Below, piece by piece: positions 11,786 to 22,170 of a stretch of DNA of 32,000 nucleotides; within the stretch, counting starts at the first letter, position 1; each line of letters opens with the position of its first letter. The notes beneath the pieces were generated by a model. The model had not been told where the DNA came from and did no database searches. It saw nothing but the letters and a program-made list of their open reading frames with translations. Source of the stretch: Erwinia sp. OLFS4 (GTDB lineage: Bacteria; Pseudomonadota; Gammaproteobacteria; Enterobacterales; Enterobacteriaceae); the NCBI RefSeq assembly GCF_002752165.1, contig NZ_MOMB01000001.1, forward strand, positions 66,022 to 98,021. Reading direction: 5' to 3'. The translations under genes and the position numbers were made by a program.

Positions 11786-11802
11786 AATTGGTATTACCAA
11801 TT
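11786..11802. promoter_or_regulatory. PdhR operator (autoregulatory PdhR box)
   Basis: Perfect palindrome AATTGGT-ATT-ACCAATT lies 29 nt upstream of the pdhR ATG. It matches the PdhR box consensus AATTGGTnnnACCAATT. It overlaps a possible promoter, TTGCTA (11760-11765)-N17-GAGAAT. Confidence 0.7.
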
Positions 11803-11830
11803 TACTTTGAACAATGGACGCGCCGGGATG

Positions 11831-12595
11831 ATGGCTTACAGTAAAATTCGTCAACCGAAACTTTCTGACGCAATCGAACAGCAGCTGGAATCACTGATCA
11901 TGGAAGGAACGCTGCGGCCGGGTGAAAAATTACTGCCCGAGCGTGAGCTGGCCAAACAATTTGATGTTTCCCGCCCTTCTTTACGTGAAGCAATACAACG
12001 CCTGGAAGCAAAAGGTCTGCTGCTACGCCGCCAGGGGGGAGGTACGTTCGTTCACACAACGTTATGGAAAAGTATGAGCGACCCGCTGGTAGAATTGTTA
12101 GCATGCCACCCGGAATCACAGTTTGACTTACTGGAAACCCGTCACGCACTTGAGGGGATCGCAGCCTATTATGCGGCGTTGCGTGGGACGGAAGAAGACC
12201 TCAAGCGGATTAAAGATTGCCATATTCAGATTCAGACTGCCCAGCAAAGTGGCGATCTGAATGCGGAGGCCGATGCAGTGATGCAGTATCAGATCGCTGT
12301 CACAGAAGCCGCGCATAATGTCGTGTTGTTGCATTTGCTGCGTAGCATGAGCCCGATGCTCAAGCAAAACGTACATCAGAATTTTGAACTGCTCTATACG
12401 CGCCGGGAAATGCTGGCGAAAGTGAGCGAACACCGCGCCAGAATTTTTGCGGCGATTGTGGCTCGCGAGCCGGAAAAGGCCCGTGAAGCGTCGCATCGTC
12501 ATCTGGCGTTTCTTGAGGAAATCCTGCTGGAGAGAAACCGCGAACAGACGCGACGTGAGCGTTCGTTGCGGCGATTACAGCAGCGTAAGGATTAA
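11831..12595 (+). CDS. pdhR: Pyruvate dehydrogenase complex repressor PdhR (GntR/FadR family)
   Basis: [34 protein letters not shown]..., 254 aa and near-identical to E. coli PdhR. The track ORF starts 8 codons upstream. Confidence 0.93.
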   Translation: MAYSKIRQPKLSDAIEQQLESLIMEGTLRPGEKLLPERELAKQFDVSRPSLREAIQRLEAKGLLLRRQGGGTFVHTTLWKSMSDPLVELLACHPESQFDLLETRHALEGIAAYYAALRGTEEDLKRIKDCHIQIQTAQQSGDLNAEADAVMQYQIAVTEAAHNVVLLHLLRSMSPMLKQNVHQNFELLYTRREMLAKVSEHRARIFAAIVAREPEKAREASHRHLAFLEEILLERNREQTRRERSLRRLQQRKD

Positions 12596-12826
12596 TGCGT
12601 CAGCTAATAGACGCGGCAACAACACCCAGGACCTGCCTCTTAACTTAAACAGGTTTCCGGAAAACTTCGCATTACAGTGCGCGGGTGAGCGATAACATTC
12701 ATCAGATAACAGAGGATGTGAGTAGCTGCATACACCGTCGCAGGTTGTACGAAACGGGAAGGAAAGAGATTCAGGATGCAGGCTCCGGACTTATTCAACG
12801 TATAGACAAAAATAAGGAATACACCC

Positions 12827-15490
12827 ATGTCAGAACGGTTACATAATGACGTGGATCCGATCGAAACGCGTGACTGGTTACAGGCGATCGAATCGGTAAT
12901 CCGTGAAGAAGGTGTTGAGCGTGCGCAGTATCTGATTGATCAGGTACTGGTGCAGGCTCGTAAAGGTGGCGTAAACGTTGCCGCAGGCACCGCAGTAAGC
13001 AACTATGTTAACTCTATTGCCGTTGAAGATGAGCCGGACTATCCGGGTGATACCTCGCTGGAACGCCGCATCCGTTCCGCGATTCGCTGGAACGCCATTA
13101 TGTCGGTCCTGCGTGCTTCGAAAAAAGATCTGGAACTGGGTGGTCACATGTCCTCATTCCAGTCTTCCGCCACTATTTATGAAGTCTGTTTTAACCATTT
13201 CTTTCGCGCACAAAGCGAAAAGGATGGCGGGGATTTAGTCTATTTCCAGGGGCATATTTCCCCGGGGATTTACGCCCGCGCGTTTCTTGAAGGCCGTCTT
13301 AGCGAAGAACAGATGAACAACTTCCGCCAGGAAGTGCACGGTAATGGACTCTCTTCTTATCCTCATCCGAAACTGATGCCGGACTTCTGGCAGTTCCCTA
13401 CCGTGTCCATGGGATTAGGCCCGCTGGCGGCAATTTATCAGGCAAAATTCCTTAAATACCTTGAGCATCGCGGGCTGAAAGATACCCGTGCCCAGACGGT
13501 TTACGCTTTCCTTGGCGACGGTGAAATGGATGAGCCAGAGTCAAAAGGGGCGATCACCATCGCGACGCGTGAAAAACTGGATAACCTGGTTTTCATTATT
13601 AACTGTAACCTGCAGCGTCTTGATGGGCCGGTAACCGGTAACGGCAAAATCATTAACGAACTGGAAGGCATTTTCGGTGGTGCCGGCTGGGAAGTGATCA
13701 AAGTCATCTGGGGTGGACGCTGGAATGAGCTGCTGCGTAAAGATACCAGCGGTAAGCTGGTTCAGCTGATGAATGAAACGGTAGATGGTGACTATCAGAC
13801 CTTTAAATCGAAAGATGGCGCCTATGTTCGCGAGCACTTTTTTGGCAAATATCCGGAAACCGCAGCGCTGGTTAAAGAGTGGACTGATGCTGAAATCTGG
13901 TCACTGAACCGCGGGGGGCACGATCCGAAAAAAGTCTATGCGGCGCTGAAAAAAGCTCAGGACACCAAAGGCAAGCCGGTGGTGATTCTGGCGCATACCA
14001 TCAAAGGTTATGGTATGGGTGACACCGCTGAAGGCAAAAACATTGCCCACCAGGTGAAAAAGATGAACATGGATGGCGTACGCTATATCCGCGATCGCTT
14101 CAATGTGCCGGTGGAAGACGATAAGATCGAATCGCTGCCTTACATTACTTTTGATAAAGACTCTGAAGAGTACAAGTATCTGCACGGTCAGCGTGAAAAG
14201 CTGGGCGGTTACCTGCCGAAACGACAGGCCACTTTCAGTGAAAAGCTGGAAATGCCTGCACTGGAAGAGTTCCAGCCGCTGCTGGAAGAGCAGAAAAAAG
14301 AGATCTCCACCACCATTGCGTTTGTGCGTGCGCTAAACGTGATGTTGAAAAACCAATCAATTAAAGATCGCCTGGTGCCAATTCTCGCCGATGAAGCCCG
14401 TACTTTTGGCATGGAAGGTCTGTTCCGTCAGATTGGTATTTACAGTCCTAACGGTCAGCAGTACACCCCGCAGGACCGTGAGCAGGTGGCATACTACAAA
14501 GAAGATGAAAAAGGACAGATCCTGCAGGAAGGGATCAACGAACTCGGCGCCGGGGCTTCCTGGCTGGCAGCTGCCACCTCTTACAGCACCAATAATCTGC
14601 CGATGATTCCGTTCTATATCTATTACTCTATGTTTGGTTTCCAGCGTATCGGTGACCTGTGCTGGGCGGCAGGTGACCAGCAGGCGCGTGGCTTCCTCGT
14701 CGGAGGAACCTCAGGCCGTACCACGCTGAACGGCGAAGGCTTGCAGCACGAAGATGGCCACAGCCACATTCAGTCGCTGACTATCCCGAACTGTATTTCC
14801 TACGATCCGGCTTATGCCTATGAAGTGGCGGTGATTATGCATGACGGCCTGGTGCGCATGTACGGTGAAGCGCAGGAAAACGTCTATTACTACATCACTA
14901 CGCTCAACGAAAATTACCATATGCCTGCTATGCCGAAGGGCGTGGAAGAGGGTATCCGCAAGGGTATTTATAAACTGGAAACGCTGGCTGGCAATAAAGG
15001 TAAAGTGCAGCTGCTGGGGTCAGGCTCCATTCTGCGTCATGTGCGTGAAGCCGCGCAGATTCTGGCAAAAGAGTATGGCGTAGGTTCAGATGTTTACAGC
15101 GTAACTTCGTTTACCGAACTGGCGCGCGATGGCCAGGATTGCGAACGCTGGAATATGTTGCATCCGACCAAAAAACCGCGCGTGCCATATATTGCACAGG
15201 TGATGAATGAAGCACCGGCGGTGGCGTCAACGGATTATATGAAACTGTTCGCCGAGCAGGTTCGCAGCTATATCCCGGCCAGCGATTATCGCGTACTGGG
15301 CACCGACGGTTTCGGTCGTTCTGACAGTCGTGAAAATCTGCGTCATCACTTTGAAGTGGATGCGACATACGTAGTGATCGCAGCGCTGGGTGAACTGGCC
15401 AAACGTGGTGAAATCGATAAGAAAGTGGTTGCGCAGGCCATCACTAAATTCAATATCGATGCCGATAAAGTTAACCCGCGTCTGGCATAA
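12827..15490 (+). CDS. aceE: Pyruvate dehydrogenase E1 component
   Basis: 887 aa, [29 protein letters not shown]..., with the ThDP-binding motif [12 protein letters not shown]. Same length class as E. coli AceE. Confidence 0.97.
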   Translation: MSERLHNDVDPIETRDWLQAIESVIREEGVERAQYLIDQVLVQARKGGVNVAAGTAVSNYVNSIAVEDEPDYPGDTSLERRIRSAIRWNAIMSVLRASKKDLELGGHMSSFQSSATIYEVCFNHFFRAQSEKDGGDLVYFQGHISPGIYARAFLEGRLSEEQMNNFRQEVHGNGLSSYPHPKLMPDFWQFPTVSMGLGPLAAIYQAKFLKYLEHRGLKDTRAQTVYAFLGDGEMDEPESKGAITIATREKLDNLVFIINCNLQRLDGPVTGNGKIINELEGIFGGAGWEVIKVIWGGRWNELLRKDTSGKLVQLMNETVDGDYQTFKSKDGAYVREHFFGKYPETAALVKEWTDAEIWSLNRGGHDPKKVYAALKKAQDTKGKPVVILAHTIKGYGMGDTAEGKNIAHQVKKMNMDGVRYIRDRFNVPVEDDKIESLPYITFDKDSEEYKYLHGQREKLGGYLPKRQATFSEKLEMPALEEFQPLLEEQKKEISTTIAFVRALNVMLKNQSIKDRLVPILADEARTFGMEGLFRQIGIYSPNGQQYTPQDREQVAYYKEDEKGQILQEGINELGAGASWLAAATSYSTNNLPMIPFYIYYSMFGFQRIGDLCWAAGDQQARGFLVGGTSGRTTLNGEGLQHEDGHSHIQSLTIPNCISYDPAYAYEVAVIMHDGLVRMYGEAQENVYYYITTLNENYHMPAMPKGVEEGIRKGIYKLETLAGNKGKVQLLGSGSILRHVREAAQILAKEYGVGSDVYSVTSFTELARDGQDCERWNMLHPTKKPRVPYIAQVMNEAPAVASTDYMKLFAEQVRSYIPASDYRVLGTDGFGRSDSRENLRHHFEVDATYVVIAALGELAKRGEIDKKVVAQAITKFNIDADKVNPRLA

Positions 15491-15504
15491 GAGGTAAAAG
15501 CGTC

Positions 15505-17385
15505 ATGGCGATTGAAATTAACGTTCCGGATATCGGGGCAGATGAAGTAGAAGTGACCGAAGTGCTGGTCAAGGTGGGTGACAAGGTTGAAGCCGAGCAG
15601 TCACTGATCGTAGTAGAAGGTGATAAGGCCTCGATGGAAGTCCCTTCTCCGCAGGCCGGTGTGGTGAAAGAACTGAAAGTTGCGGTAGGCGATAAAGTGG
15701 CTACCGGCAAACTTATTATGGTGTTTGACGCTGAGCAGGGCGCTCAGACGACTGCTGCAAAAGCGTCAGAGCCGCAAGAGAAAAAAGCGGCTGCACCTGC
15801 CGCTTCCCCGGCAGCGGCCGCTGAAAGCAAAGAAGTGAATGTACCGGACATTGGTGGCGATGAAGTGGAAGTCACCGAAGTGATGGTAAAAGTTGGCGAC
15901 AGCGTAGCGGCAGAACAGTCGCTGATTACCGTTGAAGGTGATAAAGCCTCAATGGAAGTACCGGCGCCTTTTGCCGGTAAGGTGAAAGAAATCAAAATCA
16001 GCACCGGCGATAAAGTGTCGACTGGATCACTGATTATGGTGTTTGAGGTTGCCGGGGCGGGTGCGGCAGCGGCCGCGACAGACGGCACATCACAATCGGC
16101 TAAGGCACCGGCACCGGCGGCGGCTGGCAGTAAAGACGTCAATGTGCCGGACATCGGTGGCGATGAAGTGGAAGTCACCGAAGTGCTGGTAAAAGTTGGC
16201 GACAGCGTGGCAGCAGAGCAGTCGCTGATTACCGTTGAAGGTGATAAAGCCTCAATGGAAGTACCGGCGCCTTTTGCCGGTAAGGTAAAAGAGATCAAAA
16301 TCAGTACCGGCGATAAAGTCAAAACCGGGTCGCCGATTATGGTATTTGAAGTCGAGGGTGCGGCGGCGCCGGCAGCGGCCTCATCGCCAACAGCGGCACC
16401 CAGTGAGCCGCAAGCTGCACCGGCACCCGCGAAAGCCGCAGAGAAAGCGGAGTTTGTTGAAAATGTGGCCTATGTGCATGCCACGCCACTTATTCGCCGG
16501 CTGGCGCGTGAGTTTGGCATTAACCTGGCGAAGGTAAAAGGTAGCGGGCGTAAAGGACGGGTGCTGAAAGAAGATATTCAGGCCTATGTCAAAGATGCGG
16601 TAAAACGTGCCGAATCAGCGCCAGCTGCCGGCGGTGGCCTGCCGGGTATGCTGCCCTGGCCGAAAGTCGATTTCAGCAAATTTGGTGAAATTGAAGAAGT
16701 TGAGCTGGGCCGTATTCAGAAAATTTCAGGTGCCAACCTGAGCCGTAACTGGGTGATGATCCCGCATGTTACCCATTTTGATAAAGCAGACATTACTGAC
16801 CTTGAGGCATTCCGTAAGCAACAGAACGTGGAAGCCGAAAAGAAAAAGCTGGATGTGAAAATCACTCCGGTGGTGTTTATCATGAAAGCGGTCGCCGGGG
16901 CGCTGGAGCAGATGCCGCGCTTTAACAGTTCGCTGTCTGAAGATGCGCAGCGACTGACGCTGAAAAAATACATCAATATTGGCGTGGCGGTTGATACGCC
17001 GAATGGCCTGGTGGTGCCGGTGTTCAAGGATGTGAATAAGAAAGGCATTATTGAGCTGTCCCGTGAGCTGATGGCCACCTCGAAAAAGGCGCGCGATGGT
17101 AAACTGACGGCGGGTGACATGCAGGGGGGCTGTTTTACCATCTCCAGCCTCGGTGGACTCGGTACTACCGCCTTTGCGCCGATTGTCAACGCGCCGGAAG
17201 TGGCCATTCTTGGCGTTTCCAAATCCAGCATGGAACCGGTCTGGAATGGTAAAGAGTTTATACCACGCCTGATGCTGCCACTGTCACTCTCTTTTGACCA
17301 TCGGGTGATTGATGGTGCGGACGGTGCACGTTTTATTACCATTATTAATAACCTGCTGTCGGATATACGTCGTCTGGTCATGTAA
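15505..17385 (+). CDS. aceF: Dihydrolipoyllysine-residue acetyltransferase (PDH E2) with three lipoyl domains
   Basis: 626 aa with three lipoyl-lysine motifs ([10 protein letters not shown] x3) separated by Ala/Pro-rich linkers. It also has a peripheral subunit-binding domain ([16 protein letters not shown]) and the catalytic DHRVIDGA. Confidence 0.97.
   Translation: MAIEINVPDIGADEVEVTEVLVKVGDKVEAEQSLIVVEGDKASMEVPSPQAGVVKELKVAVGDKVATGKLIMVFDAEQGAQTTAAKASEPQEKKAAAPAASPAAAAESKEVNVPDIGGDEVEVTEVMVKVGDSVAAEQSLITVEGDKASMEVPAPFAGKVKEIKISTGDKVSTGSLIMVFEVAGAGAAAAATDGTSQSAKAPAPAAAGSKDVNVPDIGGDEVEVTEVLVKVGDSVAAEQSLITVEGDKASMEVPAPFAGKVKEIKISTGDKVKTGSPIMVFEVEGAAAPAAASSPTAAPSEPQAAPAPAKAAEKAEFVENVAYVHATPLIRRLAREFGINLAKVKGSGRKGRVLKEDIQAYVKDAVKRAESAPAAGGGLPGMLPWPKVDFSKFGEIEEVELGRIQKISGANLSRNWVMIPHVTHFDKADITDLEAFRKQQNVEAEKKKLDVKITPVVFIMKAVAGALEQMPRFNSSLSEDAQRLTLKKYINIGVAVDTPNGLVVPVFKDVNKKGIIELSRELMATSKKARDGKLTAGDMQGGCFTISSLGGLGTTAFAPIVNAPEVAILGVSKSSMEPVWNGKEFIPRLMLPLSLSFDHRVIDGADGARFITIINNLLSDIRRLVM
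15835..16353 (+). repeat. Intragenic tandem duplication: lipoyl domains 2 and 3 of aceF (about 215 nt each, 303-nt offset)
   Basis: 15835-16050 and 16138-16353 align without gaps and differ only by scattered substitutions. One shared run is GGTGGCGATGAAGTGGAAGTCACCGAAGTG. Confidence 0.8.
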
Positions 17386-17397
17386 TGATGGGTAAGT

Positions 17398-17427
17398 AAG
17401 GCCGGCGGGATAGCCGGCCTTGTTGTC
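17398..17427 (+). terminator. Hairpin/partial terminator after aceF
   Basis: 9-bp stem AAGGCCGGC (17398-17406) / GCCGGCCTT (17413-17421) with loop GGGATA, followed by the T-rich run GTTGTC. Confidence 0.45.
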
Positions 17428-17681
17428 AGTATTCAGTCACCGAAGCGCTTTGCAGTTTATTAACAATTCTGTAAACTCTTGCGGTGAAATTATCCCGGTT
17501 AAGAAAGGACTTAACGAGCCTGTTGTTTCAGGCGAGACTGGTGCAGTCAGTTTGTGAATTGCCCCGTATTAAGGACCCGGTGCGTACATGAAGTACGCAA
17601 GGCGTACCGCCTGGCAGGACGCAAAATGACCTTACCGGACAGGCTCAGTGTCTGACCACCGGCAATAAACAAGAGGTCATG

Positions 17682-19106
17682 ATGAGTACAGAAATCAAAG
17701 CTCAGGTCGTGGTACTTGGAGCAGGCCCGGCAGGCTACTCTGCCGCTTTTCGTTGCGCTGATTTAGGTCTGGAAACCGTGCTGGTTGAACGTTACAACAC
17801 GCTTGGCGGCGTTTGTCTTAACGTTGGTTGTATTCCCTCCAAGGCGCTGCTGCACGTCGCCAAAGTGATTGAAGAAGCAAAAGCACTTGAACAGCACGGC
17901 GTTGTTTTTGGTCAGCCTTCAACCGATATCAATAAAATTCGTATCTGGAAAGAAAAGGTCATTTCCCAGCTGACTGGCGGCCTGGCGGGCATGGCCAAAG
18001 GCCGTAAGGTGAAAGTAGTCAACGGTCTGGGTAAATTTACCGGTGCAAATACGCTGGTAGTACAGGGTGAAAAAGACGCCACCACCATTCAGTTTGACAA
18101 TGCGATCATTGCGGCGGGTTCCCGTCCAATCGAACTGCCATTTATTCCTCATGATGACCCGCGTGTATGGGATTCCACCGATGCCCTGGAACTGAAAGAA
18201 GTGCCGGAACGCCTGCTGGTGATGGGCGGCGGAATTATCGGCCTGGAAATGGCAACCGTCTATAATGCGCTGGGTTCGCAGATTGACGTGGTGGAAATGT
18301 TTGATCAGGTGATCCCGGCGGCCGACAAAGACGTGGTGAAAGTGTTCACCAAACGTATCAGCAAACAGTTTAACCTGATGCTGGAAACCAAAGTGACGGC
18401 GGTTGAGGCGAAAAAAGACGGTATTTACGTCACGATGGAAGGTAAAAAAGCGCCGTCTGAACCCCAGCGTTACGATGCGGTGCTGGTTGCTATCGGACGT
18501 GTGCCAAACGGCAAGATGCTGGATGCCGGCCAGGCGGGCGTTACGGTGGATGACCGCGGCTTTATTCACGTTGATAAGCAAATGCGTACCAACGTCCCGC
18601 ATATTTATGCCATTGGTGATATTGTCGGGCAGCCGATGCTGGCACATAAAGGCGTGCACGAAGGCCACGTGGCGGCTGAAGTTATCGCCGGTAAAAAGCA
18701 CTACTTTGACCCGAAAGTGATTCCGTCTATTGCTTACACTGAGCCTGAAGTGGCATGGGTGGGTCTGACCGAGAAAGAAGCCAAAGAAAAAGGCATCAGC
18801 TACGAAACGTCCACCTTCCCGTGGGCCGCTTCCGGTCGTGCTATTGCATCCGATTGTTCAGACGGCATCACTAAGCTGATTTTCGATAAAGAAACGCACC
18901 GCATTATTGGCGGCGCGATCGTTGGCAGTAATGGCGGCGAGCTGTTGGGTGAAATTGGCCTGGCGATTGAAATGGGTTGTGACGCTGAGGACATTGCACT
19001 GACTATCCATGCCCATCCGACGCTGCATGAATCGGTCGGACTGGCGGCTGAGCTGTTTGAAGGCAGCATTACTGATCTGCCTAACCCGAAAGCAAAGAAA
19101 AAGTAA
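17682..19106 (+). CDS. lpdA: Dihydrolipoyl dehydrogenase (E3)
   Basis: MSTEIKAQVVVLGAGPAGYSAAFRCADLGLETV..., with redox-active GGVCLNVGCIPSK and C-terminal DLPNPKAKKK, near-identical to E. coli Lpd (474 aa). There are two adjacent ATGs (17679, 17682); the second fits the AGAGG RBS spacing better. Confidence 0.96.
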   Translation: MSTEIKAQVVVLGAGPAGYSAAFRCADLGLETVLVERYNTLGGVCLNVGCIPSKALLHVAKVIEEAKALEQHGVVFGQPSTDINKIRIWKEKVISQLTGGLAGMAKGRKVKVVNGLGKFTGANTLVVQGEKDATTIQFDNAIIAAGSRPIELPFIPHDDPRVWDSTDALELKEVPERLLVMGGGIIGLEMATVYNALGSQIDVVEMFDQVIPAADKDVVKVFTKRISKQFNLMLETKVTAVEAKKDGIYVTMEGKKAPSEPQRYDAVLVAIGRVPNGKMLDAGQAGVTVDDRGFIHVDKQMRTNVPHIYAIGDIVGQPMLAHKGVHEGHVAAEVIAGKKHYFDPKVIPSIAYTEPEVAWVGLTEKEAKEKGISYETSTFPWAASGRAIASDCSDGITKLIFDKETHRIIGGAIVGSNGGELLGEIGLAIEMGCDAEDIALTIHAHPTLHESVGLAAELFEGSITDLPNPKAKKK

Positions 19107-19125
19107 CCGCCCTTATCACGCCCTC

Positions 19126-19152
19126 AAAGGCTCCCTGATGGGGGCCTTTTTT
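19126..19152 (+). terminator. Rho-independent terminator after lpdA
   Basis: Stem AAAGGCTCCC (19126-19135), loop TGAT, stem GGGGGCCTTT with one G-T wobble, running into TTTTTT (19147-19152). Confidence 0.6.
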
Positions 19153-19225
19153 ATGTGATGTCGCGCAAACAGCCGGAACAGCGGCCGCTGCGCCGATCAG
19201 GCTGACGGAATCGGAAAAAACAATC

Positions 19226-19289
19226 GGCGATCACATTTTGTCAGGTCTGATAAGACGGGTTAAATAATCTGCTCACATGTTTTGTCAGA
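19226..19289 (+). repeat. Left copy of a diverged direct repeat flanking the cas-CRISPR island (partner 30743-30814)
   Basis: Colinear exact blocks are shared with 30743-30814: GGCGATCA, CTGATAA, GACG, AAATAATCTG and TTGTCAGA. Confidence 0.5.
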
Positions 19290-19332
19290 TAGCTTTATTA
19301 TTAAGAATTATCTTAAGGCAATAGGGATATTT

Positions 19333-21987
19333 ATGCTGGCCGTAACCGATGGGCTATATCGTTACTGGGGTAAGGCGGCAACAGGGGACAATGGGGCTGC
19401 CATTCGTTGCCATCTGCTGGTCTGGCATTCACTGGATGTGGCGGCAGTGGCCGCCTGCTGGTGGGATCGTGCGCCGGCATTACGTCAACTGCTGTGCGCG
19501 GGCAATCCGCCGGCCGCTTACCGTGCCTGGTTGCTGTTCTTTGTTGCCTTGCACGATTTTGGTAAATGGGACATTCGTTTTCAGGCGAAATGCTGGCCGG
19601 CATGGCGCGCACTGAATCCCGATGAATCCAGTAAAACGCCCCCATGGAACGGTCAATGGGACCATGGTGCTGGCGGATTGTACTGGCTGAAAGAGGATGA
19701 ACGGACTGATGCCGGGCCGGCACAATACCATGATATGAGTGACTTTTTATTAAGTCTGCCGGTTGCGCACTGTCGTCAGGCCTGGTTTCCATGGATGGAA
19801 GCGGTAACCGGGCATCATGGTTATATCTATTCGCACCAGCAGATGACGGCGGCCGATAATCTGGCCTTAACCAGCGCTCTGACCCGGCGCGGCGCTGATG
19901 ATAAACAAACGCGTCAGGCATGGTTAAAGGCGCTGGAAGCCCTGTTTTTACAACCGGCTGGCCTCAGTCTGAATGATCAGCCGCCGCCTTGTTCTCCGTT
20001 ACTTGCGGGCTTCTGTTCAATTGCTGACTGGCTCGGTTCCTGGAGCAGTGAAGACACCTTTGTCTATCAGTCGGTTCGTCAGCCCCTGGCAGATTATTTT
20101 TCTCAGCGCTATCAAAATGATGCGCCTGTTGTGCTCGAACGCAGTGGACTGCTCAGCCAGATCAATGTCTGGCAAGGTATTGAAGCGTTGCTGGCACCGG
20201 GACAGTCAGCGCGCCAGCTGCAAACCTTAGTGAACAGGCTACCAGAACGGCCGGGGTTAACCATTATTGAGGCGCCGACCGGTTCGGGTAAAACGGAAAC
20301 CGCACTGGCGTATGCATGGCGATTGTTAGCCAGTGGTAGTGCGGAAAGTATTGTGTTTGCTCTGCCGACCCAGGCAACGGCGAATGCGATGCTCGACCGG
20401 CTGGATAAGCTGGCTACCTGCCTGTTTAACGCGCCTAATCTGATTCTGGCACACGGAAACTCCCGCCTGAGCCGCGCCTTCCTGGCGGTTAAATCGCGGG
20501 CAGAAAACGTGCAGAAAGAAGATGGGGAGGCCTGGGCACAATGCTGTGAATGGCTGAGTCGCAGCCAGAAGCGTGCCTTTCTTGGCCAGATTGGTGTGTG
20601 TACGATTGATCAGGTGCTTATTTCGGTACTGCCGGTTAAACACCGGTTTATTCGTGGATTTGGTCTTGGACGCAGCGTGCTGCTGGTAGATGAAGTACAT
20701 GCTTATGACACCTACATGCACAAATTGCTGGAGGAAGTATTACATCAGCAATATCTGGCAGGTCAGAGCGCGTTGTTGCTGTCGGCAACCTTACCGCCGG
20801 GTTTAAAGCAGCAGCTGCTGAAAACTTACGGCGGGAGCGCTGAAATACAACAGCATGCCGCGTACCCTCTTGTTACCTGGCAGCAAAAAAATCAGCGCAT
20901 CTATTTTGATCTGAGTGCCACGCCGCAACAACTGCCGCCGTCGTTCAGTCTGACCATTGACCGCCGTTATCTGCCGGTGATGCAGCCGGATGAAGAACTG
21001 CTGGCCGCGATGATAGCAGCAGCACGAGCCGGGGCCCAGGTCTGCCTGATTTGTAATCTGGTTGATGTTGCACAACAGGTTTATCAACAGTTACGTCAGA
21101 GCAGTGAATGTAACGTTATGCTGTTTCACTCCCGCTTTACGCTAAATGACCGCAGCGAAAAAGAAGCCAGCACCCTGGCGTTCTTTGGTAAGTCCGGCGA
21201 TCGTTGTGTTGGTCGCATTCTGGTGGCCACTCAGGTGGTTGAGCAGTCTCTCGATGTTGATTTTGACTGGTTAATTACGCAACTCTGTCCCGCCGACTTC
21301 CTGTTCCAGCGAGCCGGGCGTTTGCACCGCCACCACCGTGAAAAGCGTCCGCCAGGCTATCAGCAGCCGGTTCTGACGGTACTGCTGCCGGACACGGACG
21401 ACTATGGCAACAGTAATTATATCTATAGCAATACGCGGGCGATGTGGCGTACGCAGCGCTTACTTGAACGTCTTAATACTGACGCACTGGTTTTTCCTTC
21501 CGCATACCGTCGCTGGATAGATGAGGTGTACCACACCGAACCCGTTGTTGACGAACCTGGCTGGGTGACATCAGGTATGCAGACGTTTGCGGATAAAGAG
21601 CAGTCGCGCCGTTATAACGCCCGGCTAATGCTGAACAGTGCACAAAACGTGAGGCCATTCGCGGATGATGACAGCCATGTGCGCGCGGTGACGCGCGACG
21701 GCGAAATGAGTTTGCCGTTACTGCCATTCATTAACACACCTGATGGCCGGCGGCTGCTGGACGGACAGATAATCGAAAGTCTCGGTGAATATTCTGTTGC
21801 TGAACAGCTGATGCTCAACCGGGTAAACGTGCCATATCACTGGCAGAAAAACGGGCTGCCGGAGCCGGACGAACATGGCGTGGTATGGATTGCCGGTCGG
21901 CAGCGGGATGGACAGTGGTTCGCTGATCTGGCCGGCGGACAGCTAGATTATTCGCCGGAAACCGGCATGTCGAAGACGGCAGTCTGA
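19333..21987 (+). CDS. cas3: Type I-E CRISPR-associated helicase/nuclease Cas3 (HD + DEAH helicase)
   Basis: MLAVTDGLYRYWGKAA... parallels E. coli Cas3 (..YICHYWGKSS..). HD motifs LHDFGK and VTGHHG, Walker A EAPTGSGKTE and VDEVHAYD are present, and it is colinear with E. coli YgcB throughout (..ILVATQVVEQSLDVDFDWLITQ..). The track start 19282 is a TTG; the ATG at 19333 follows GGGA. Confidence 0.93.
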   Translation: MLAVTDGLYRYWGKAATGDNGAAIRCHLLVWHSLDVAAVAACWWDRAPALRQLLCAGNPPAAYRAWLLFFVALHDFGKWDIRFQAKCWPAWRALNPDESSKTPPWNGQWDHGAGGLYWLKEDERTDAGPAQYHDMSDFLLSLPVAHCRQAWFPWMEAVTGHHGYIYSHQQMTAADNLALTSALTRRGADDKQTRQAWLKALEALFLQPAGLSLNDQPPPCSPLLAGFCSIADWLGSWSSEDTFVYQSVRQPLADYFSQRYQNDAPVVLERSGLLSQINVWQGIEALLAPGQSARQLQTLVNRLPERPGLTIIEAPTGSGKTETALAYAWRLLASGSAESIVFALPTQATANAMLDRLDKLATCLFNAPNLILAHGNSRLSRAFLAVKSRAENVQKEDGEAWAQCCEWLSRSQKRAFLGQIGVCTIDQVLISVLPVKHRFIRGFGLGRSVLLVDEVHAYDTYMHKLLEEVLHQQYLAGQSALLLSATLPPGLKQQLLKTYGGSAEIQQHAAYPLVTWQQKNQRIYFDLSATPQQLPPSFSLTIDRRYLPVMQPDEELLAAMIAAARAGAQVCLICNLVDVAQQVYQQLRQSSECNVMLFHSRFTLNDRSEKEASTLAFFGKSGDRCVGRILVATQVVEQSLDVDFDWLITQLCPADFLFQRAGRLHRHHREKRPPGYQQPVLTVLLPDTDDYGNSNYIYSNTRAMWRTQRLLERLNTDALVFPSAYRRWIDEVYHTEPVVDEPGWVTSGMQTFADKEQSRRYNARLMLNSAQNVRPFADDDSHVRAVTRDGEMSLPLLPFINTPDGRRLLDGQIIESLGEYSVAEQLMLNRVNVPYHWQKNGLPEPDEHGVVWIAGRQRDGQWFADLAGGQLDYSPETGMSKTAV

Positions 21988-22170
21988 GGTGACGTTATTC
22001 TGCCGGGGAAGAGGGGGGTGCTTAAAATTCAACCATAATCACAAGGTTACATTAACGGCAGGTCATTAACTTTGTTTGTTGTGAAGCGTAAAACGTCATC
22101 ATCACTTAACATTGACTGACGATTTTTTGCTGTAACCAGGCAATTAAAAAATAGTTATCACGGAGGAATA

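Noticed and set aside
15744-17381. Antisense ORFs inside aceF (15744..16322, 192 aa; 16716..17381, 221 aa). Similar shadow ORFs lie opposite lpdA (17919..18701), cas3 (19331..19921), cse1 and zapD, among others.
   Set aside because: Each lies entirely within and opposite a strongly supported conserved gene. Their low-complexity Ala/Ser/Thr/Pro-rich composition is typical of antisense frames, and no start or RBS context supports them.
17581-17613. Two adjacent small hairpins (TGCGTAC-ATGAA-GTACGCA and AGGCG-TAC-CGCCT) sit in the aceF-lpdA intergenic region.
   Set aside because: They are short stems without a U-run. They lie within the expected lpdA promoter and leader region, and there is no basis to assign a function from sequence alone.
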